Shown: positions 24,994 through 34,591 of the stretch, one piece after another
Layout: every line of letters starts with the position of its first letter
How positions within the stretch are numbered: position 1 is the stretch's first letter
Origin: a virus
Taxonomy: Duplodnaviria > Caudoviricetes
Reading direction: 5' to 3' (one strand)
IMG/VR virus record: IMGVR_UViG_3300032330_000037
Location: 1 to 36,374 of that record
Length of the DNA stretch: 36,374 nucleotides
Notes under the pieces: generated by a model
Database searches by the model: none
What the model saw: the letters and a program-made list of their open reading frames with translations, nothing else
What the model was told of the DNA's origin: nothing
Program-made: the position numbers and the translations under genes

Positions 24994-27005
24994 TATTTGA
25001 CCACCTTCCATTCACCACCAGCAGCAGGCGGCGGCGCAGCGTTTTTACCAGAAAGTGTGGGGTTAGGCTTGTATCCTTGGTCTTCCCCGTAAGTTTGTGT
25101 CAATCCTTCTTGTTGCGCTTTTGCCCATTTCAACATGGATTCAAGTTTGGTCTTAGCAACGTCAGCCCTGTCGGTTGGCGTAGGAATAAACCCAAGACGT
25201 TGCATTTCGCTTCCACTTACAGCCGACCCGCTGCGCTCATGTATCACCAAAGAGCCAATATTTCCAACGGCAGACCTAGCGGCAACACCTTTAGGGTCTG
25301 CCCTGTCTAGCATTTGCCCTGGCAAAACATTTTTTAATCCAATAGCATCAGGATTTTTCTTAAGCATATCCAACGCTTCTTGAATTTGTCTAATGGACAA
25401 ATCGTTTGTGCTGATAGCTGTATTGATGTTGGCAGGGATAGGCTTTAGCTTTTCTTCTTTTGGCGCACCACTAGCAGGAGTCAAACCTTCTTTGATAGCC
25501 CTAGCTGCCGTTACAACAATAACTTTTTTGCCAGTGGGATCAGTTGGGTCTATGACATTTACTGAGCCAGTAGGCATTTTCTCGCCGCCAACCCCACCCT
25601 CTGCGGGAATCCTTGTTTCTTTAACCAGCAACTGCCGACGCAATGCGTTTTTCTTATCATCCGACAATCCCAGCAAAGTCATTGTCCGTTCAAACTGGCT
25701 ATCTGCGGCTTGTGATGGCGGGGCTGTGTCATGCGCCAGCTTTGCCATAATCATTTTCTGTCTTTCGTCAGGGCCTAAATTGGCAAGATCCAGCACTTGT
25801 TCAAAAGATCCTTTGGCTGCTGGCTTGTTAGCTTCAGCATCAATCCGAATTTGGGCAGCTTTAATAGTTGGATTGACACCAGCAACGGCAACACCGTTTT
25901 GCGTAACGGGTGTATATGTGCCTTTTTTCTTGTCAATTGCCAAAATAGTTTCCGTGCCATCTGCATTAACTTGTTTTTCAAAATGCATATCTGGTGTGCT
26001 TTTAAACACCACATTGCCATTAGGATCAACAAGATTGCCGTCAACAACGTGCATCACGGGAGCCTTGTTCAAGGCTTCAAATTTCTTCTCTAGCAATGCA
26101 CGCTGCTTGCCCCAAGATTTGGATGTTCCAAATTCTTTGTCGCCAGCCATAATTTCTGCATACACATCGTCCGCTGTCTTGGCGGCAACCTTTCCAGCCA
26201 TTGCGTTAACATTGGGCGCGGCACTAACAGCAGGCGCAACTGTTTGTGCAAGTTGGTTAGGCATAGTCGCAGCAGCGGCTCGTTCACCTGCGCCTGCGCT
26301 GTTGGCTATGTTGGCGTTGACGTAATTAGAAAATGGGACTTCTTGACCTTCAAGCGTATACATGACTTGAGGCTGACCAAATTGCGGATTACCGATCTTG
26401 CTTGTGTCAAAAGCAATACGTTCTGCGTTTGACATTTCTGCATATGGTTTGCTTGTCTGAATCAATTGGGCGCTAGTTTCAAAAGGTGTCATTGCACTAG
26501 GTGCAACTGCACTAGGCGCGGCCATAGAAGCAGCCGTTGCGTTAACAGGCGCAGTTAGCGTTGCACCAGCAGCCGCATTTGGGTTGCGGTTTCTGTAGCG
26601 CATTTCATCTTCATACTCTTGCACTTTTTGCCAAGACGTAAGCAGATGTTGTCCTACCGTTTGCACATCAGGATTGGGATGCATAAGCATCTGTTTGGCA
26701 GCTTCAAAAGGGTCGGTAGGCGCGGTGCCATTAGACCTTTGAGCCGCCTCAGTCATAACCTTCTTTATAAATTCTTGCGCTTCCACTGCCTTATCTAACG
26801 TTAATTTAGATGATGTCGCTTTAGTCTGCGCTTCCTGCATCCGCAACGGCGCTAGTTGCCGATTTTCTTGCATTTGCATCTGTGCAAGTTGGTTTTGCGT
26901 GTCGGCAGACGTTAGCTGCGCCAACTGGTTATAGCTGGCAATAGGGTCGCGGAACTGAACCTGTAAAGGTTGCCCGCTAAGTGCTATGCGTGTATCTAAG
27001 GGCAT
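24993..27005 (-). CDS. DNA ejection (internal virion) protein
   Basis: 670 aa; Gln/Ala-rich N-term, C-terminal RSGSAVSGSE...FIP motif; gene position. Confidence 0.68.
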   Translation of the reverse strand: MPLDTRIALSGQPLQVQFRDPIASYNQLAQLTSADTQNQLAQMQMQENRQLAPLRMQEAQTKATSSKLTLDKAVEAQEFIKKVMTEAAQRSNGTAPTDPFEAAKQMLMHPNPDVQTVGQHLLTSWQKVQEYEDEMRYRNRNPNAAAGATLTAPVNATAASMAAPSAVAPSAMTPFETSAQLIQTSKPYAEMSNAERIAFDTSKIGNPQFGQPQVMYTLEGQEVPFSNYVNANIANSAGAGERAAAATMPNQLAQTVAPAVSAAPNVNAMAGKVAAKTADDVYAEIMAGDKEFGTSKSWGKQRALLEKKFEALNKAPVMHVVDGNLVDPNGNVVFKSTPDMHFEKQVNADGTETILAIDKKKGTYTPVTQNGVAVAGVNPTIKAAQIRIDAEANKPAAKGSFEQVLDLANLGPDERQKMIMAKLAHDTAPPSQAADSQFERTMTLLGLSDDKKNALRRQLLVKETRIPAEGGVGGEKMPTGSVNVIDPTDPTGKKVIVVTAARAIKEGLTPASGAPKEEKLKPIPANINTAISTNDLSIRQIQEALDMLKKNPDAIGLKNVLPGQMLDRADPKGVAARSAVGNIGSLVIHERSGSAVSGSEMQRLGFIPTPTDRADVAKTKLESMLKWAKAQQEGLTQTYGEDQGYKPNPTLSGKNAAPPPAAGGEWKVVK

Positions 27006-27014
27006 GATTGTTCC

Positions 27015-27797
27015 TTAACGGCCCATGTAATCTGCGCCAGAAACGCCGTAATATCCAGGCATGGATGTAGGGCCACCTGCGTTTCTATTAAGATAACTAC
27101 TCAGCAAATTGTTTTGCTGTTGGTTGTTCTGATAACCAAGGTAGTTGGACAACCCACTATTGATGGCGTTAGCCGTTCCCACATAACCAGATGCCCGCGC
27201 ATTGGCTGCGCCCATGTAGCCTTCAGCAGTTGCGTTAGCGCCCTGCATTCCATAATTTCCAATGTTGGTGGCGTTGGCTTGACCCGCAGACCCAAGCTGT
27301 TGGGCTGTAGTTTGCCCCATGCCAGTCAGTGATTGCAGCGGGCCTAGACGCGCTTGGCGTTCAGCTTGATAACGATTGAAAGCGTTGGTGTACTCTTGCG
27401 AACCCATATCTTGGCCGTAACGCGTAGCAGCTTTCATTGCGCTGCCAGAAATCAGACCGCCACGGGCAGCCGCTGAACGCTCCAGCGCCTTTTGGCCTTC
27501 CGACAATCGGAAAGCGTAGCCTGGGTCAGCTTGAAATTGCTCTTGTCCAAACGGCGTGTAGCGGGATGCTTGCACCAACTCAGGCAATGCATTGACACCA
27601 GCTTGGTAAAACGGCTGCTGGCGTTGGACGTTTTCTTCGTACTGCTTTTGCTGTAGGTCTGCTGCATAGCGAGAAGCGGAAGATTGCGCTTCGGCGGCTT
27701 GTCGTGCAGCGTCGGATTGTTCACCCGCAGACCTATTAGCTGCGCTTGACTGAAGTATAGAAGACCCAACTATTGCGACCGGAATCATCCACGGCAT
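27015..27797 (-). CDS. DNA transfer/ejection protein, P22 gp7-like
   Basis: Hydrophobic N-term; QPFYQAG, DPGYAFRL.EGQ.A.ERSAAARGGL.SG...KA..RYGQ. Confidence 0.8.
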   Translation of the reverse strand: MPWMIPVAIVGSSILQSSAANRSAGEQSDAARQAAEAQSSASRYAADLQQKQYEENVQRQQPFYQAGVNALPELVQASRYTPFGQEQFQADPGYAFRLSEGQKALERSAAARGGLISGSAMKAATRYGQDMGSQEYTNAFNRYQAERQARLGPLQSLTGMGQTTAQQLGSAGQANATNIGNYGMQGANATAEGYMGAANARASGYVGTANAINSGLSNYLGYQNNQQQNNLLSSYLNRNAGGPTSMPGYYGVSGADYMGR

Positions 27798-27798
27798 A

Positions 27799-28143
27799 TC
27801 AAACCCCTTCGCTCATAACTAGAGCAATATTTTGCGCTTGAACGATATTCGCAGGCGCTATAAGAACTTCGTCAATTTCATTTTCATCCGTGCAATCTGT
27901 TGCATGGATGCAGTACCAAACGACATCTGTTAACGATTTTACGCCGTGGTGCTTGCCTGCGGCAATACTAATGCAAGCAGGAGCGTGCAACACAGATTTT
28001 TCGCCATCAACAATCAATTCAATAGATCCGCTTGCCAATATGGATAAATGGCTATGCTTGTGGATATGCTGCACCAATTGGCTATTGGCAGGTATGCGTG
28101 TTTCCTTAGCGTACACGCCGCTAGAAAAATGATGCTTAATCAC
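27799..28143 (-). CDS. Cupin-domain protein
   Basis: HIHKHSH.SI...G and I.AGKHH.V cupin His motifs. Confidence 0.75.
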   Translation of the reverse strand: MIKHHFSSGVYAKETRIPANSQLVQHIHKHSHLSILASGSIELIVDGEKSVLHAPACISIAAGKHHGVKSLTDVVWYCIHATDCTDENEIDEVLIAPANIVQAQNIALVMSEGV

Positions 28144-28475
28144 GACACTTCCCTTCCGCTGACGCGCATATTGATGGCGCTGGCCGCGCTTGCGATTGTG
28201 GAGATAAACCCGCCGGATGGCAAGATGTGCCCCACCAACTCGGGGAAAATGTAGGTTTCGCCCGCTACCAACGACTTTTCCTTCACAATCAGATTGCTGT
28301 CGTCTGCCGTGTAGGTCTGCGTGACCAAGTTGACGCTGATGGTTGCCGTGGACGCGCTGATGTTGGTGGCCGTAAACTTGTCAATGATGGTCGTGACGTT
28401 GTTGGCAATGTACTGCGTTGTCTGCGTAGCCGCGACAAACTTTGCTGGCACTAGATTTTTGGCAGTTACGGTCAT
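28140..28475 (-). CDS. Small beta-sandwich virion/tail protein
   Basis: 111 aa beta-rich; coupled to neighbours in the tail module. Confidence 0.65.
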   Translation of the reverse strand: MTVTAKNLVPAKFVAATQTTQYIANNVTTIIDKFTATNISASTATISVNLVTQTYTADDSNLIVKEKSLVAGETYIFPELVGHILPSGGFISTIASAASAINMRVSGREVS

Positions 28476-28702
28476 ACAACAACCCAGGTTGAACCAGACT
28501 GTACGGTCACCGTAATACCGGCGTTGACCGTCACAGGGCCAGCGGACAAGCCATTGTAGCTTGTCGGGATGGAATAACTAACCGAAACCGTGGTGGCGTT
28601 GAGTGTGATGCCGTTAGATGACGCATTTGCCCCATTTGTCAGCACGTTCAGCGTTGGGTCGTAGTTGTCCGCAAGCTGAGATAGGTTGCGTGGGATGCTC
28701 AT
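28472..28702 (-). CDS. Small fibre-adaptor protein (76 aa)
   Basis: C-term GPVTVNAGITVTVQSGSTWVVV paralogous to the C-term of 22215-22889. Confidence 0.7.
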   Translation of the reverse strand: MSIPRNLSQLADNYDPTLNVLTNGANASSNGITLNATTVSVSYSIPTSYNGLSAGPVTVNAGITVTVQSGSTWVVV

Positions 28703-28962
28703 GGTGTCACCTCAATCCAAGACAATGTTGCCTCGTCCCAATCATACATTTTGCCATCTGTAGGCATTAGTGTTGGCGCAACCCAATAAGACTCGCTTTC
28801 ATGCAACACCCAGCTTGGATAGGGTGACGGGCCATGCAAATCGCAACCAACTAATCCCCGCGCCTCTTCATTTGTGATGGGAGTTGACCCATCAGGTAAT
28901 CCAATTAATGGAGTGCCTGAATCGTACCAATACAGCGTGTTAATTGGAGTTTTATAGTACAT
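28699..28962 (-). CDS. Tail fibre assembly/chaperone-like protein
   Basis: PSPYPSWVL....YWVAP..MP.DGK.Y.WDE...SW motif; follows the lectin-domain gene. Confidence 0.55.
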   Translation of the reverse strand: MYYKTPINTLYWYDSGTPLIGLPDGSTPITNEEARGLVGCDLHGPSPYPSWVLHESESYWVAPTLMPTDGKMYDWDEATLSWIEVTP

Positions 28963-28963
28963 A

Positions 28964-29764
28964 TCAGAACGGGGATAGTGCGCTGTAAGTTGCGCCATTC
29001 ACATTGGTTACGGTGTATGGGCTACCAGAATTTGCGGTGCTACTGTCGTTTGTAAAAGTTCCTGAATTTGCTGCTAACAAAAGCAATTTTGTGTTTGTAA
29101 TGTTTGTTATTGGCGCTGTTGGTGGTGTAAACCCAGCCACTGTGTACACGGCTGTACCGTTTACATAACGATAATTTGTTAGATTTCCATTTATGTAATA
29201 TTGCGTTGTCTCAGAGCCAATTATCATTCCTGTGCTTGTATAAGTTACAGACGTTGTAGTGTCTGTTGTTTTAGCTAACTTTACGCCGTTAACGTAAATG
29301 TCGCACACCGTAGTTGTTGCGCCAGTATTGCTACGCATAGCGCAAATGTGATACCAAGTATTGGCCACGATTCCAGACGCTGACGTTGCCCATTTGGTAC
29401 TAGAGCCTTGCCATATGCTTAAAATCCCATTGCCCGCAGTAGCATTCCCATGAAAGAAAAACCTAAAATCTCCTTGTTGGTTACATAGAGATGCAAGACC
29501 AGAACTAGATGGCAACGCTGCAAATCTAACAAACATCTCTATGGTAAAAAGATTATTACCTAATGTTTGCGGGCTTTGTGCAGCTATTGCTGTCAAGTAT
29601 TGATTGGTTCCGTTTAATGCAATGCTTCCGCTTGCGCCAGCAATAGGCCATGTTGCAGCTTGCCTAGCTTGCATTGCTTCCGTTTGCGTCCATATCCCAA
29701 CAGCCGCAGAACTGCTGGTAGGCGCAGCCGTAGCAGACCGAATGGAGCCTTTGTAACGATTCAT
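28964..29764 (-). CDS. LamG/concanavalin A-like lectin-domain protein (putative receptor-binding)
   Basis: FTIEMFVR, NTWYHICAMR, IYVNGV, ING.LTNYRYV.G.AVYT..FTPPTAP. Confidence 0.8.
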   Translation of the reverse strand: MNRYKGSIRSATAAPTSSSAAVGIWTQTEAMQARQAATWPIAGASGSIALNGTNQYLTAIAAQSPQTLGNNLFTIEMFVRFAALPSSSGLASLCNQQGDFRFFFHGNATAGNGILSIWQGSSTKWATSASGIVANTWYHICAMRSNTGATTTVCDIYVNGVKLAKTTDTTTSVTYTSTGMIIGSETTQYYINGNLTNYRYVNGTAVYTVAGFTPPTAPITNITNTKLLLLAANSGTFTNDSSTANSGSPYTVTNVNGATYSALSPF

Positions 29765-30135
29765 TAGGTGATGGCCTCATAAGTAGCAACCATTTCGATG
29801 GCGCTGCTGGTGCCCGATGTCACCACAATGGATTGCGCTTCGCCGACATAGATGGATGTGCTTTTGTCTACCACCATTAAAGATGAATTGCCTGGCACGC
29901 TAGTTTGATACGTTAAGCGGTAAGCTGTACCGCCGCCACTAATTGCGCTGTTGATAGACACTGTAACGGTTGCAGCGGTTGCGGTCACGTTGGTGGCCAT
30001 AATTGTGCCGACCTTGTTGACCGTGCCGCTTGCAGGCGTAAGCCCCGTCCAAGTGGTAGCTGACGTGCCAGTTGGGACTAGGTATGTCGTGTTGCCATAA
30101 ATGGCTGTGACGTTGACGATATTCGGGTTTGCCAT
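29764..30135 (-). CDS. Small beta-sandwich tail protein (123 aa)
   Basis: MANPNIVNVTAIYG...SVPGNSSL.VVDK; AGGA SD; directly follows the long fibre. Confidence 0.7.
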   Translation of the reverse strand: MANPNIVNVTAIYGNTTYLVPTGTSATTWTGLTPASGTVNKVGTIMATNVTATAATVTVSINSAISGGGTAYRLTYQTSVPGNSSLMVVDKSTSIYVGEAQSIVVTSGTSSAIEMVATYEAIT

Positions 30136-30144
30136 GTTCTATCC

Positions 30145-32904
30145 TCAGAAGCCAAAAATCATCGCCATTGCAATGCTCTTGCCGGTGGTGATGCCGTTTG
30201 CAATCACCGACGTGGTGATGACCAAAGCCTCAACAATGTCACCAGACGCGCAGGCCACACCCAGCGTGAAATCGGTTCCGCTAGAGGCAGTGTAGTCCGA
30301 AGTTGCCAGCAACACGCCGTTGACGTAAACCTGCAAATAGCCCACCGAATAGGTTACGCTAAAAACGGTTTGCCCAGCCGTAGCGGTAAACGATGTGCGA
30401 GTGTAGGCGCTTGCACCGCCGCTGCCGCTGGCGTTGATTGTGACCACGCCTGTGCCGCCAACAGGCGAAATGGTGACGTTGGTGCCCGCAACAATTTGCG
30501 ATACGCCGCCGGTAGCCGCAGCCCAAGATGCTGTAGTGCCGTTGGACGTTAGGACATAGCCGTTTGTTCCAATGCCTAGTCGGGTGGCGCTGTTTGTGCC
30601 GTTTCCGAGAATCAGGTCGCCGGTAGTTGTGATAGGCGACAAGGCATTAAATCCTGCCGAGGCCGTGGTTTGGCCGGTGCCACCATTAACAATGGCAACG
30701 GTGCCTGTTACGTTGCCCGCCGTGCCTGTAGTGTTTTGGTTGAACGTAGGCCAAGTAAACGTGCCGCTGCTGAAATTGCCGCTAATAGGTGTGCCAAGCG
30801 TGGGAGTGACAAACACCGGTGAAGTAGCTAAAGCCAGCACAGAACCGCTGCCGCTGGTGGTGTACGAAGTGCCCCAAGCGGTGCCCGTAGAGTTTGGAAT
30901 GCCTGCGCCTGGATACACCATCGGCAACGAATTGTTGATGGTGATGGCCGCCGAGCCGTTGTATGTCGTGCCTGCGCTAAACGATATGCCAGTGCCCGAT
31001 GTCAACGAATTGGCGACAGAGCCAGCCGACCCTGTGGTGTTCTGATTTAGCGTGGGCACATCGGCGGCTTGAATCGTGTTCATCACCACGTTTGTGCCGT
31101 TGCCGCGCAGGTATGAGCCGCTGGTGACCGCACCAGCAAAAGCATTCATAGCCAATTGCGCGGTGGTCTGGCCCGAACCGCCGTTGGCAATTGCCACCGT
31201 GCCGGTCACGTTAGCTGCGTTGCCTGAGATGTTGCCGCTTACCGCGCTGCCCGAGATGGCAATTGACGTATTGGTGACGCTGGTGACTTGGCCTTGGGCG
31301 TTGGTCACAAACACCGGCACTTGGCTGGCCGACCCGTAAGTGCCCGCTGTGCCAATATTGGTGATGGAAAACTGGTTGGTGGCTAGGGTTAACCCTGTGC
31401 CTGCGGTGTAAGTTTGCACAGCAGCAAACTGAATAAACACAATTGCCGTAGTGCCCACGGTGATAGGCAGCGGAGTCTGCTGCACCCAAGACGTATTAGC
31501 GTTGACCGTACCAGACAGCACCAGCAACAAATCGCCAATGTCAATTTCGTTTGTGCCTGTGCCGCTGGTGTCGTAATCCGTAGCGCGAGTCAGGATGTAG
31601 GGTAACGCCCCGCTGCCGACTTGGGTTACGGTGTAAACACCGTTATTTGCGCTTGTTGCCTCATTCTTGACCAAAATGCGTTGGCCGCTGGTGACGGTTA
31701 CCGAGTCCACCACCAATGCAGCGTTAGCCGTAGCCGTCAGCGTAGCGCCTACACCGCCAGTGCCGTTGTTGTAGGTGTTTGCAGGCAGCGCAGCCGTGGT
31801 GGCAAGGTTACAAGCTGCGTGGAAGTTGATGCCGCTGGCAATGCTGTCGGCATAAGATTTGTTGACGATATCCGTGCTAGCGCTTGGCGCGGTTGAGATA
31901 GTGCCGGTGGTCAGCGTAACCGATGTAATGTCGGTGTTTGCGCCGCTTGCCGCTGCGCCCAGGCTTGTCCTAGCGCCGCCCGCCGTAGTTGCGTTTGTGC
32001 CGCCGTTAGCCACCGCGACCACGCCTGTTACGTTAGCCGCTGTGCCAGTAGTGTTCTGATTCAGTGTGGGCACATCCGCAGCCACAATGGCCGCTAGGGC
32101 AGAGTTTGTGCCGTCAGAACGTAGGTAGTAGCCCGATGTTTGCGTGCCGGTCAGGGCGGTGATAGCCGCAGGCGCTGTTGTTTGCCCTGTGCCGCCGTTG
32201 GCGATAGGCAAAGCGGTGCCCGAATAACTGATTGCCAGCGTGCCGCTAGTGGTGATTGGGCTGCCAGTTACCGACAAAAAGGCTGGTACGGTGGCCGCAA
32301 CGCTGGTAACCGTGCCACTGCCAGCACCTGAGTTGATTGTCTGATTGGGCCACGTTCCGGTAATAGTTACGTTGGTTCCAGCCACTAGGGCTGGTGTTGC
32401 CGTGCCAGTGCCACCAGATGCCACTGCAAGCGTGCCGCCCAAGGTGATGGCACCCGTGGTAGCCGTGGCAGGCGTTAAGCCCGTAGAGCCGCCGCTAAAC
32501 GAATTAACGCCCGATGTGGACAAGACAACGTATTTAACGTTGCCCGAGTTATCCACAACCTGCCATGCGCTGCCGTGGGTGTAAGTCAGCTTTTCGCCCA
32601 CCAGCAGGGTGACCGTGCTAATCAGGTACGGCGTGGACGTATCCAGCATTTCCACAGTCACCACTTGAGACACCGTATCGGTGTTCAAGATGGTAACCAT
32701 GTCAATGTCGCGGATAACGTCTACATCTGGCGCAGAGCAGATGGTGACTGCTGTCGTGCCGTTGGAATTGGTAAGTTTGGTGCCGCCTAAATAGGTTGTA
32801 GCGGTCTGGTCAGAATAGGACACGACAGCCTGCAAAGGCGCGGTGGCTTGTGCCCCGCCCAAGTACAGCGCAAGTGACCGATTTACGGTGTCGAGTCTAA
32901 TCAT
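30145..32904 (-). CDS. Long tail fibre protein
   Basis: 919 aa Thr/Gly/Ala/Ser-rich with repeated ANGGTG and PTLNQNTTG motifs, RILVKNE...NNGVY.VT domain, C-term GKSIAMAMIFG. Confidence 0.85.
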   Translation of the reverse strand: MIRLDTVNRSLALYLGGAQATAPLQAVVSYSDQTATTYLGGTKLTNSNGTTAVTICSAPDVDVIRDIDMVTILNTDTVSQVVTVEMLDTSTPYLISTVTLLVGEKLTYTHGSAWQVVDNSGNVKYVVLSTSGVNSFSGGSTGLTPATATTGAITLGGTLAVASGGTGTATPALVAGTNVTITGTWPNQTINSGAGSGTVTSVAATVPAFLSVTGSPITTSGTLAISYSGTALPIANGGTGQTTAPAAITALTGTQTSGYYLRSDGTNSALAAIVAADVPTLNQNTTGTAANVTGVVAVANGGTNATTAGGARTSLGAAASGANTDITSVTLTTGTISTAPSASTDIVNKSYADSIASGINFHAACNLATTAALPANTYNNGTGGVGATLTATANAALVVDSVTVTSGQRILVKNEATSANNGVYTVTQVGSGALPYILTRATDYDTSGTGTNEIDIGDLLLVLSGTVNANTSWVQQTPLPITVGTTAIVFIQFAAVQTYTAGTGLTLATNQFSITNIGTAGTYGSASQVPVFVTNAQGQVTSVTNTSIAISGSAVSGNISGNAANVTGTVAIANGGSGQTTAQLAMNAFAGAVTSGSYLRGNGTNVVMNTIQAADVPTLNQNTTGSAGSVANSLTSGTGISFSAGTTYNGSAAITINNSLPMVYPGAGIPNSTGTAWGTSYTTSGSGSVLALATSPVFVTPTLGTPISGNFSSGTFTWPTFNQNTTGTAGNVTGTVAIVNGGTGQTTASAGFNALSPITTTGDLILGNGTNSATRLGIGTNGYVLTSNGTTASWAAATGGVSQIVAGTNVTISPVGGTGVVTINASGSGGASAYTRTSFTATAGQTVFSVTYSVGYLQVYVNGVLLATSDYTASSGTDFTLGVACASGDIVEALVITTSVIANGITTGKSIAMAMIFGF

Positions 32905-32907
32905 AGT

Positions 32908-33156
32908 TTACCCATGCGCCGCAGCAAAAGCATAGATTGCCGGACTACTAGAAGTGTTCGTAGTAGTGATGATGGTTGGAGATGCTGGCGGAGAAAGCTG
33001 CAAATCATCCAAAGAAGTCTGGTTGTTGCCGCCACCTGTCAAGGCAAACAGATTGTTGAAAAACCGATACCACTCACGCGAAATCAAACCCGTGCGCGGG
33101 TCAATGAATTCGACACGCGAACTTGGGATGTTTGTGATGTTGAGTTGACTAGGCAT
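32908..33156 (-). CDS. Small tail protein downstream of the gp10-like gene
   Basis: 82 aa; RV.FIDPRTGLISREWYRFF; occupies the P22 gp26 position. Confidence 0.65.
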   Translation of the reverse strand: MPSQLNITNIPSSRVEFIDPRTGLISREWYRFFNNLFALTGGGNNQTSLDDLQLSPPASPTIITTTNTSSSPAIYAFAAAHG

Positions 33157-34591
33157 TGGTTGGACTCAAAATTAGTTCTGCACCCATAATGGCAACCTTC
33201 ACGGGGTCGGTGCCAGACACTTCGTAAACCCTATCGCGCAGCTTGGTGGTCATTCCCAGCCGCCGCCAAAAGACGCGCTGGTAATAAGCCCCAATCTTAC
33301 CCATTGGCGACCAATGTTCGTTGCTCCAGGTGTGGCCGCCGTCATCCGACCAACGCAGCATAGCTTGCGGGTCAGAACCTTGGCCGTCAATCAAGCCAAC
33401 GCCTGACTCGCAGTTCAATTGCAAGCTGTGGTGCGCGGTGCGCTTAAGGTTGTTTGTGCCTGTGGGCAACGCGCGCCATGAACGCAACCATTTCTGAGTG
33501 TCGCCGTTGTCTGAATAAACATCCAAACTCATTTTGTAGATGTTGCCGTTCTCAAAATCGCCGACAACGGTGTTGCCAAGAAAATTGCATTGGCAGTTGC
33601 TGCGATGGCGGGTGAATGCGCCATTGAGCCATCCAGCACGCTCGTGCCAAGCCTGCGTAGCCACATCGTAGACCCAAGTGGCGTTACCCGTAGGAAACGT
33701 CAGTACATAGAAAGCGTGGCCTTCCTGCTGGTAGGTGTACGCAACAGCGTCAGAAATGTCGCTGTATTGGGCAATGGCGTACTCAATGGCATGGGTGGAC
33801 ACTCGTTGGCCGGTGTATCCGTTGGCGCGGTAGACAATGCCCTGGCCGCGTGCATCGGTGCCCAACCAGAACAAGCCGTTGTCCAGTTTGGCGATTGAGA
33901 ATGCCGCTACGCAGCCAATCTCGTTGAACGCGCCTTGAATGCGTGTAAGCGGAAAGTCAGCAAGCCCTGCGTCGTACCAGACTTCCACCGAATCGGTGCC
34001 AAACAGCCATGCCTCGCGGTGGTCAACAATCAGGCCGACCAAACCATCAGGCGAACCCTCTGCGCTGGCAAAGTCTAGCGGGTCAACCGATAGGCCGTCC
34101 AGCAGGGAAGTCACCCATACGCGCTGGCTGTCCGGTTCGTTGAATACGAAATAGCCGTCAAGGTAGCCAACCGTCACCGCGCCTGGAAAGTCAGGGTCGG
34201 TGATTTGCTGGAAAACGTTGGTGACCTCGTTGTAGATGTAGCTGTCTGGGTTGCAAGCAAAAAATAGCTGCGTGCCGTTGTCCGCAATGGACACCGGCCC
34301 CGTGCCTGATACCGTGCCCAACAGCACGGGGTCGCCGGTCAAGGTGGACATCTTATAAACCTCGTTGCCAGACACAACGTAGAAGTCGCTGCCGTTGGTC
34401 TGGTGCGCCCACAATGCGCGAATTGGGCCTTCACCAACAGATTGCAGGTACTCTAGCCCAGGGGCGCGGTTGAGAAAAGCAGCGGTCTGCCCGTTGTCCG
34501 GTGTCATTTCCGGAAACAGGTTGACCATCCTGTTGTCCGCAGCGTTGATACTGCGGGCGACGTAGGACGCGCCGAGTATCGGGGTCTGCAT
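33149..34591 (-). CDS. Tail hub / DNA stabilization protein, P22 gp10-like
   Basis: VNLFPE, LDGYFVF, FASAEGSPD, TWVYD....WHER, WSDDGGHTWS...G..G.Y..RV.WRRLG. Confidence 0.9.
   Translation of the reverse strand: MQTPILGASYVARSINAADNRMVNLFPEMTPDNGQTAAFLNRAPGLEYLQSVGEGPIRALWAHQTNGSDFYVVSGNEVYKMSTLTGDPVLLGTVSGTGPVSIADNGTQLFFACNPDSYIYNEVTNVFQQITDPDFPGAVTVGYLDGYFVFNEPDSQRVWVTSLLDGLSVDPLDFASAEGSPDGLVGLIVDHREAWLFGTDSVEVWYDAGLADFPLTRIQGAFNEIGCVAAFSIAKLDNGLFWLGTDARGQGIVYRANGYTGQRVSTHAIEYAIAQYSDISDAVAYTYQQEGHAFYVLTFPTGNATWVYDVATQAWHERAGWLNGAFTRHRSNCQCNFLGNTVVGDFENGNIYKMSLDVYSDNGDTQKWLRSWRALPTGTNNLKRTAHHSLQLNCESGVGLIDGQGSDPQAMLRWSDDGGHTWSNEHWSPMGKIGAYYQRVFWRRLGMTTKLRDRVYEVSGTDPVKVAIMGAELILSPTNA

Noticed and set aside
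25393-26325. 310-aa antisense ORF in an ejection gene
   Set aside because: Opposite-strand shadow of a well-supported gene; no independent evidence.
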